A stretch of DNA of 64,000 bases, taken from NCBI GenBank assembly GCA_963693365.1, contig CAVNZM010000003.1:11753651-11817650 (forward strand). Reading direction: 5' to 3'. This document shows positions 55,868-64,000 of the stretch, in pieces; position 1 is the first letter of the stretch; each line of letters starts with the position of its first letter. This DNA comes from Amoebidium appalachense (taxonomy: Eukaryota > Protista > Ichthyosporea). Position numbers and translations under genes: made by a program. The notes under the pieces were generated by a model. That model made no database searches. It was not told the DNA's origin and saw only the letters and a list, made by a program, of their open reading frames with translations.

Positions 55868-57422
55868 GGGGGGGGGGTGGCTACATGTGGGCAGTTCGGA
55901 ACAGTAAGTGTGCATGTCACAGTGGTCTTGCAGCTAGCTGCTAGCGCAGTAAATACATGTGCAGTTAAATTTCAGGGTGTGGTTTTAACGGTTCCCAGGC
56001 AGCGGCCCATTGTTGTGCCCATTGTTGTGTGCCTGGCTGGGCCTGTGTGGGCCCATGTGTGGCTGTGTGGGCCCATGTGTGCCTGTGTGGGCCCATGTGT
56101 GCCTGTGTGGGCCCATGTGTGCCTGTGTGGGCCCATTTGTGGCTGTGCTGACCGGTTGCTGCAGCCGCTGTGTGCTGGAGGACTCGGGGTGCAGGCAGCA
56201 GCTGGCAAATGAGCTGCAGGAGGTGGGGGCATGGGGGGATATATGGGGGCATGTGGGCATGTGGGCATGTGGGGGCATGTGGGGGCATATGGGGGCATGT
56301 GGGGATATGTGGGTGCATGTGGGGATATGTGGGGATATATGGGAGCATGTGGGGATATGTGGGTGCAATGTGGGGATATGTGGGGATATTTGGGGGCATG
56401 TGGGGATATGTGGGTGCAATGTGGGGATATGTGGGGATATTTGGGGGCATGTGGGGATAAATGATGGCATGTGGGGATATATGGGGATATGTGGGGGCAT
56501 GTGTAGGCATGGTCTGAGGGCCACACAGCTGCAGGGATTCCTGGCCAGCAGACTGGCGGAGGCAGGCAGGGCAGACGTGCTGGCCATGCAGCTAAGCATG
56601 GTACGGGCCTTGGGGGGGGGGGGGGGGGGGGGGGGGGGCTAGGGATTGAGGCTGGGCATGCAGGAGGCAGGAGGGGGCCTGGGCCAAGATGGGTTACGGC
56701 TGCAGGGGATGGCTGGGGCTGTGCAGGCAGCCATGGACAGGCTGATGGACCCAACACTGAGGCACTTGGAGGAGGTGGCCAGGGGCTCAAGGTGGGGGGG
56801 TAGTGGGGGGTGGGTGGGTGTAGGTGGGTAGAGGGGGAGGTGTGTTGGGAGGGCACGGATAGTTGGGTGGGGGGTACTGGATGGGATTGTGTGAGATTAC
56901 CAAGGCGGGGGTTACTGGTTGGGAGCTGTGAGATTACCGAAATGGGGGGTACTGGTTGGGAGCTGTGAGATTACCGAGGTATGGGGGTAGTGGATGTGAG
57001 GTGTGAGATAACCGAGGTATGGGGGTATTGGATGTGAGGTGTGAGATTACCGAGGTATGGGGGTACTGGATGTGAGGTGTGAGATTACCGAGGTATGGGG
57101 GTACTGGATGTGAGGTGTGAGATTACCGAGGTATGGGGGTGCAGGGCGGCTGAGCGCACGGTAGCTGAGCTGCGACAGCTGCAGGCCAACATCATAAGGG
57201 CAGAGGAGAGGGCACAGGCACTGGCCGCAAGGGTGGGTGCCCTTTTTCATTGGCGGAGAGTGGGGTGGGGGGGTGGGGCAGGGGGGGGACAGCACGCTTA
57301 TGGGGCCTTGGGCCGTTGCAGGGGCTGCAGGTTGCTGAGGAGGTGGCAGGGCAGCAGCTGAGGCTGCAGCAGCTGACAGCTACGGCTAAGCGCCTGCAGG
57401 CCCAGGTGTGTGTGTGTGTGTG

Positions 57423-57457
<35 letters not shown>

Positions 57458-57554
57458 GGACGGAGAGCTAATTATTGTTGGGCAGGTGGAGGAGGCTGTT
57501 TCGCAGCTGTATGGAGGACGCACGGTGCACATAGTGGGCCAGATCAACGCATAG
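53482..57554 (+). CDS. CDK5RAP3: CDK5RAP3/C53 (UFMylation adaptor, ER-phagy receptor); ~13 exons
   Basis: ATG-only first coding exon 53482-53484 (tentative), then 54376-54412, 54485-54717, 54775-54912, 55093-55182, 55255-55570, 55653-55722, 56165-56222, 56529-56600, 56664-56791, 57145-57232, 57322-57405, 57486-57554. Motifs IDVQVHKLLEWLVDRGH, RGMFGTYSSLRVQEWQGIVRGY, DIDWGI, NELQELQGFL, YGGRTVHIVGQIN*. Confidence 0.85.
53485..54240 (+). repeat. Minisatellite, ~24 copies with palindromic core CTAGATCTAG (unit ~22-33 bp)
   Basis: GGGTCTAGATCTAGCCCTTGTGTGTG repeats fill the inferred first intron of CDK5RAP3. Confidence 0.92.
56035..56505 (+). repeat. Two intronic minisatellites (GGGCCCATGTGTGCCTGTGT; GGGGATATGT/GGGGCATGT)
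   Basis: Tandem arrays at ~56035-56140 and ~56225-56505, on either side of a short CDK5RAP3 exon. Confidence 0.8.
56872..57144 (+). repeat. ~38-bp intronic minisatellite (TGTGAGATTACCGAGGTATGGGGGTACTGGATGTGAGG), ~7 copies
   Basis: Read directly; the last copy runs into the acceptor at 57144. Confidence 0.88.
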
Positions 57555-57957
57555 GTACATGGTGGGCCAGGTCAATAATTAATAGGCACATGGTGGGCCA
57601 GATCAATAATTAACAGGCACATGGTGGGCCAGATCAACTATTAATAGGCACATGGTGGGCCAGATCAACAATTAATAGGCACATGGTGGGCCAGATCAAC
57701 GCATAGGCACATGGTGGGCCAGATCAACTATTAATAGGCACATAATGGGCCAGATCAACTATTAATAGGCACATGGTGGGCCAGATCAACGCATAGGCAC
57801 ATGGTGGGCCAGATTAATTAATAGGCACATAGTGGGCCAGATTAACTATAAATAGGCACATGGTGGGCCACATCAACTATTAATAGGCACACAGTGGGCC
57901 AGATCAACGCATAGGCAGATCAACTATTAATAGGCACATCGTGGGCCAGATCAAATG
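57527..57957 (+). repeat. 28-31-bp minisatellite, ~14 copies, derived from the last codons and stop of CDK5RAP3
   Basis: Unit GCACATGGTGGGCCAGATCAAC followed by GCATAG or TATTAATAG. The first copy encodes HIVGQINA*. Confidence 0.92.
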
Positions 57958-58642
57958 ACATGTGCACGGCCCCACCAGGTGTTGCCACAAGCACTCTTGC
58001 AAGTTTATTGAATGGCTGTGGGCACACTGAGTGGACCCTTGATGACTGTTTTATTCGATCGCTTGAGGCTGATCATACATGTGCGAATGTCTGTCTTCTT
58101 TGCTTCTACTTGTGATGCATCACCTATTATGGCTACCTAGGCCCATGCTGCCACACCTTTGAGTGCCTGCGCTTGGGGCCTACCCTAGAGCAGTGGGTAA
58201 TTGAGCCATGTGCCCTATTTTGTGCACGGGTATTACATAGTAGTGTGCATTACATAGTAGTGTACATTACAGAGCAGTGTACTTTACAGAGCAGTGTACA
58301 TAGTACTACCAGTGGCAGGCTCTTGGGTGGTTATTGATTAGCTGCCATGATTAAGTGTTTGCAGTAGAAGGATCATTCAGGACGCTAGCAGTGGCCACAC
58401 AGGCCACACACACACATTGCTTGTGTGTATCGGCAACCAAGAGCATTGGATACAATACATGCTCACTATAGTCTGTGCCTACATCTATAACCACGCAGAC
58501 CCGCAAATCTTCACACACATGCATGCATGCAGTTTTGGTGCCTATGTCAGACACCATGCCTGCACCCACCCCTTGCAACACCATGCATGCCTCATGCATG
58601 CAGCTAGTTGCTGTGCCTTGGCCCATCCAGCCATCCCCCATG

Positions 58643-60160
58643 TCACTGGAACTTCTTCTCCTTTCTCGTTGTTGCAGCCACTGTGCGCACGTTAGTCAGC
58701 AGCCTCCTCACATCCTTGTACAGGCGCACCATGTGGTGCAGCTCCTGCAGGGCCGTGAGGCTCAGCAGCAGGGCCACAAAGTGCCGGGCCACAACCAGGG
58801 CCAGCAGAGAGGGCAGGCAGGCAAACAGGGCCGGGCCCAGCAGGGGCACCAGCACCAGTGCCATGCCCGTATAGACCCTGCTGGCCCACACCGTGGCTGC
58901 AACCTCCCACAGCCAGGCCTGCAGCTCGGCCAGGGTGACGTCAGGTAGCACAGCCACCAGGTTGGTGACGTAGAAGAAGAGGCCCAGCTGCACCACGGCC
59001 CCATAGACCCTGTGCAGGGCATAGAACACCTGCCGCAGCAGGGGGCTGTAGTAGGGCAGCAGGCGGGGGCTGTGCAGCACGGTGCTGATGACGTGCTTGT
59101 GCAGCTTGAGGCCTGCACAGGTGGCCAGATACTGCACCAGCACCTGCACGTCTCTCAGCTGGTCCACATACAGCTTGAGCAGGACGGCCTGCCTGCTGCC
59201 CAGGGGGGTGCACTCTATTGCTATCTTGTTGGCCTTGTACGCACTCAGTGCCCCCCCGTCAGCCACGTGCACCCCCGACCACGGCACCTCCAGCCCTGCC
59301 CCACCGGCCGCCCGCAGGCTCAGCCCGGCCTCAGTCAGCCGGCACGTGCCACGGTAGGCCCCGGCCACCGTCTCAAAGCCTGTCACAAACTCGTGGGGGG
59401 GGAGGGTGGCTGCCGGGGGCTTGGGGTCTCTGTCCTCTGTGCAGAGGCAAGAAAAGCAGGGATTAGGCAAGTGTGTTCAAGTGCAAACAGCCACATATCC
59501 AGCAAGCAGGTGAAAATAAGGTTACAGTGCGATAACATTGGAGCCTCTCACATGCACAGAGTAAGCTGTGGGTATGGCCTCCAGGGCACAAGGCCGAGAG
59601 AATATAGTGAGGAGAGACCCTGGTGCAAACAAAAGCAGGAGCCCGAAGACCTTGTCCCCTTGGAAGAACGGGGGTGGAAATTGGGCACTAAAAAACGTAA
59701 TATGAGGCAGCGAACAGCAGCATTTAAGAGAGAATATTGGTCGTTGCCATGTTGCAGCAGTGCTGAATGCAAAGAACGGTTAAGCAAGCACGTTCGGATG
59801 GGCTGTGATTTTGTTTGCATGCACCGTTGAGGTATGTATGTGTGTGTGATCGTGTTGGTGTGTGCACGTTGTGTGTTGTTGGTGTTGGGTGTGGGTATGC
59901 AAGGCCTGTGCAGGTATTCGTGTGTGTGTGAACCCATGCGCAAGTATGAACGCGTCAGCGTGAGCCTGTGTGTATGAAGGTGCGTGTGCGTGCCTGCGCG
60001 GGCGTGAGAGGGTGTATGCTCAAGCATGTGTATGTGTGGGAGGATGGGGGGTTGGGTGTGTGTTGGGGGGGGAAGGATGCGTGCGTGCTTGTGTGGTGGT
60101 GCGTGGTGTGCGCAGGCGCGCATGTGTGAAACATACACACGTGTGCACACCTTCCTCCAT
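58643..60160 (-). CDS. Uncharacterised ~267-aa protein: beta-rich (possibly PH/GRAM-like) N-part plus hydrophobic C-terminal helices
   Basis: Exon 60160-60151 (gccATGGAGGAAG|gt) joins in phase to 59436-58643. GC3-rich codon usage like neighbouring genes. Hydrophobic stretches VYGAVVQLGLFFYVTNLVAVL and MALVLVPLLGPALFACLPSLLALVVARHFVALLLSL. Confidence 0.65.
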
Positions 60161-60983
60161 GGCGCCGTGCTTGTGTCAGCCACCGTTTGTCCCTGCTGGT
60201 TTTATGGGAGCCCTGCACACGGCTAAGTTGGAGCCGAAGGGCTTAGCAGGCTTGCAGTGAGCTGGTTGGTGTGTGGCCCTTCTGTTGCTCCAAAACACTC
60301 GTGACACCTTGGTCGGGCAACTGCACCGGGCTCTTCGTGCCTTATCAAGCTCCGGTAAGGCACGACTTCTGGCCCCTCTTGCACGGGGTCGTGCCCGTGC
60401 CTGTGCGCTGGGTGGCTGCCTGCTGCTGCGAGCTGTGCACAAAACCACGACTAAGGACTTGCAATTTTAAAGTATGTTTTAGAGTAAGCCGGCCACGCCC
60501 AGACCAAAAAGCGAAGGTATTATCCAGCGCACAGCACTAACCCAGACCTAGCCGAACGAGGGACAAAAAAAAAAAAAAAAAAAAAAAAAAAAGTGCGGCT
60601 CACCGATCATGGATGTTTTGGGTCCCGTTTCTTCCAATCAAAAAAGTGCGCGCGAAATTTAGCCAATAAGACTCGGAGTACTTGGACTCTAGACTCCTGG
60701 ACCAAGTGAGATTTCAAATTTCTTCTTTTGACTGGATTTATTCAACGGAAAGATATGCAAACAGTATGCACGTTGAAATTTTGGCCTAGTCCCTAATATT
60801 GACTTACATTGCTATGTAGTTTGTTTTTGCGGAATTAATTTTTTTCTGATTTTTAGAACTAGGATTGGATGACATGATCATAGTGCAATGAATATAAAAC
60901 GAATAAACTCAGTTAAGAACGTCCAATGCAAAAATAAATCAAGCCCTTTTTCGAGCTGGGGTTCTTTCATCATCCTTGGTTTC

Positions 60984-61460
60984 ATGGGACTCAGCGGTTG
61001 GCGGGCCATCGCAACTTTTGCGCCTTCCCTCATCAGTCCATGTCACACAGGTGCGCTCAGCGCTAGCAGGCTGTGTGTGGCCGGAGAAACTCCTGAGGAA
61101 AAAAAAAGCGTAGCTACTTTCTAGTTGCGGTGTGTTGCCGTACCAAACACAGGACGACCATGCTGACCACAGATCCGCCAGGCGCTAGCCGCCAAGCAGA
61201 CGAGGTAAGGACAAGAGGTGGTGGTTCGCCCCCGTGTATGGTGTGTGCGTGTGTGTGCACAGGTGCGTGTGCGTGTACATGTGCGTGTGCGTACGCGTGG
61301 CAGTGTGTGTACGCGCCTGTCTGTTTGTTTATTAGTTTGTCTTTGCTGGTCTGTGTGTGTGCGTGTGTGTGTCCATGCATGTGTGCTCGCGTGTGTGTGT
61401 GTGCGTGTGTGCGTGTGCGCGTGTGCGCGTGTGTGGTGCGCGCCTGCGCGTGTGCGTGTG

Positions 61461-61531
<71 letters not shown>

Positions 61532-62632
61532 ACGTGTATGCGTGTGTGCGTGTGTGTGCGTGGTGTGGTGATGGGGAACGACTGGGTGGGGGAGGGAGAG
61601 AGATGGGGGGGAGGGGAGGGGGGAGGGATAAGGGGGCCTGTGACTGACCAGAGGGCAGGTCACACGCTGCGGCTGTCTGCACGCAGAGACCATATTTGTC
61701 GACCGCAAGACCGGCAAGAAGATATGCACCGTGGGCAAACACGTTGTGGTACAAATCTCTACCCCCCTTAATCCCAGGCCAAACATGCACACCCCAAGTT
61801 TCCTCCTCCCTTCCCAGCCAAACTCCCCTCTCACCCCCACTGTCTCCCCATGTCCAAACTTCCTTCTTTTTTGTTTTTGCTGCACTACAGGCCCTGCTGT
61901 TCTATCACCATAGGAACCCAGGCATCTTGCCTCCTGAGGTAGACGTCTTGAGGGCCTGTGGCCATCACACCTGTACCTATGCCTTAAGTCTCTAGTGCCC
62001 GGTATGCGAAAGCCAGACAAAGCCTTTGCAGATAGGGGCCATATTGTTCGTGTTTTGTTTACTGAGAAGTTGCACAGCATACTTGGGAGTAAGTGGAGAT
62101 TATGGTGGCTTGAGGCTGACAGTTTTCTTTATTTTTTGCGGAGACACGGTAGGCCGCCAAGTCAGAAATTGTCTAGATCTTGGCACACTGGATGTAGGGG
62201 GGGGGGGTGGGGGGGGGGGGATGAGTGGTTTTTTTTTTGTTTTTTTTTTTGGGGGGGGGGAGGGGGGAGGTGGGGGCTGGAGTGTGTTTAAGGGGGGGCA
62301 TTAACCAGGGGTGGTTCTGCAGCTGCAGACGGTCAAGGGCAAGAGGAGGGTGCTGCTGCAGGCCGCAGCCGGGGGGAGAGATATGATGCTGCTCAAGAGG
62401 GACATAGTGGGTTTGAGGAAGGACCAGATCGAAAAGGGTAAGGGGGGGAGGGGGGAGGCTTTTTTTGGAGGGGGGAGAGGGGGAGGGGCCAGGCCCGGGG
62501 CGGGGGGGAGGGGGAGGTTGAGGGGGGGGGGGGGGGGGGGGAGGTGAGGGGGCATTGCTGACGGCAGACACGGCCAGGATGTGTGGGGCTGGAGACGGAG
62601 GCACACGTGTTCTGGCTGGCCAAGTCCACAAA
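60984..62632 (+). CDS. Partial multi-exon gene of unknown function, probably continuing downstream
   Basis: Putative exons with splice signals: ~60984-61050, 61173-61204, ~61659-61730 ([24 protein letters not shown]), ~61891-61938, ~62323-62437 ([23 protein letters not shown]), ~62577-62632 ([18 protein letters not shown]). Phasing only partly verified. Confidence 0.4.
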
Positions 62633-64000
62633 GGTAGCCCTGTGGTGTCTGCCTGTGCCTATGCCCACGTGGTGGTTTGGTGCCTGTGTGGCGTTGCCAC
62701 GGTGTGGGGGTGTGCCTGGTGTCGTGTGCCTGCATGTGTGGCCTGTATCTGCCTGGGCACACTGCTGGTATGGTCCGGCTGCATGGGTGTGATGGGTTGG
62801 TGGGTTGTGCTTGGTGGCAGCACACCATGTGCCTGCTGGACTGTGGGTGTGGTGGCTGCCTGTGTCTGCCTGTGTGTGTGTGCACTCCCCTCTGCAATGC
62901 ATGCCCTTGTTTGTGTGTGCCTGTGCTCCTGTGTGGTGGTACAGGGCGGTGAGCATGGGCCCGTGTGGTCTCCCTGCTTGTGTTTGCATGTCTTTGTGTG
63001 CATGTGCAGACCTGTCCGCCTGCCAGACCGGCTGGATATTGCAATTATGTGACATGGCAGGGCATAACTCTCTCGGCTTTATCTACTTTGTAGTTTATGC
63101 AGCAGCTCACAACACGAGCCATACCAGCCGTATATACACACATGGGAGGCAAAGCTGCCCTCTAGTTTCATGTTATTCATTACTGCGCGCAGTGCTAAAC
63201 CCCAAACAACCAATCAGCAGGACCCTGTCCTTCCACATAGTCTCCAATAACATCTGAGCTTCCAATCGACGTGGTCCATCGCCACCACATCTTTGCAGAT
63301 CGGACTGGCCATAGGCCTGGGAGTGTCGCCTTTTGCCATGACACAGAACTTACTTCGAAAGATTTGACGTTTGATTTTTGCGCGAGGCAACAAGCGGTAC
63401 CATAAACAATTATTTTCTCTTGCGTGATGAGAACAATATGACCAGCACAAAGAGCATGTAAAGCACTGGTAATTCTGTTGGATGCATGAGGGATCAGGGC
63501 CCGTCTACACCCCACCCTTCTACTTTCTTATTCGGATTTTAGCCTACGAACACAACTATGTGGGCTTTGTGCTGTGCCTGGGATGTTGGGAGTGTGCGTT
63601 CCTGCAAAACCCATTCGTGCGGATATGGGGTGCTCGTGCCGTAGTGGTGCGTGTGCATGTGTCTGCATCTGTCTGTCTGCCTGCATGTTACTGGCTGACC
63701 CGGTGTGATGGTCTGTGCACGTGCATGGCCATGCCTGTAGGTCTGTGCACATGTGTGTTAGTGTGTTCTTGCTCATGTCTATATGCATGAGCTGTATGTT
63801 TTCACTTGCACGTGTGTCGTTTACCTCTGCTTGCACTTGAAGTCTGTGCATCTTCCCTTGTGCTTAGGGGTTGTCATATATGCCTGTACGTGTGTGCTTT
63901 TGTGCAATATGGGATGTCGTTGTGCCTGTAGGTGTGTGCTTGGCCCGGGCTTCTGAGTCTTGGCCTCCCACCTAATCCCTTGAGTATGTGCACCTGGGGA

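Noticed and set aside
57527-57957. CRISPR-like repeat-spacer array
   Set aside because: Only two recurring 6-9-nt variants separate the units, and the unit derives from the adjacent coding end.

Overview
Eukaryotic genomic window, probably from a unicellular opisthokont-like protist (an inference). Introns are packed with poly-G/poly-C runs and (GT)n/(CA)n microsatellites and have a conserved CTRAC-like branch site near the acceptor. Most ORFs in the supplied track are low-complexity artefacts, so genes were rebuilt by splicing exons by hand. Genes in order: mitochondrion-targeted hybrid cluster protein (hcp, +), free Met-R-sulfoxide reductase (fRMsr/msrC, -), mitochondrial ClpB/Hsp78 (+), RCC2 (-), makorin (+), SERRATE/ARS2 (-), an intact 6-exon ~1533-aa DDE (Mutator/ISL3-like) transposase-type gene with a complete WRN-like DEDDy 3'-5' exonuclease inserted inside its catalytic core (-), CDK5RAP3/C53 (+), and two unidentified divergent genes. 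Mobile DNA includes a 2.3-kb non-autonomous hAT element (12-bp TIR, perfect 8-bp TSD) upstream of hcp and a 440-bp MITE with CACTRTG-type ends. Several minisatellites appear to have grown from splice-site or stop-codon junctions. The exonuclease-containing transposase is the best candidate for an under-described system. No database searches were run; family calls come from recognised motifs.
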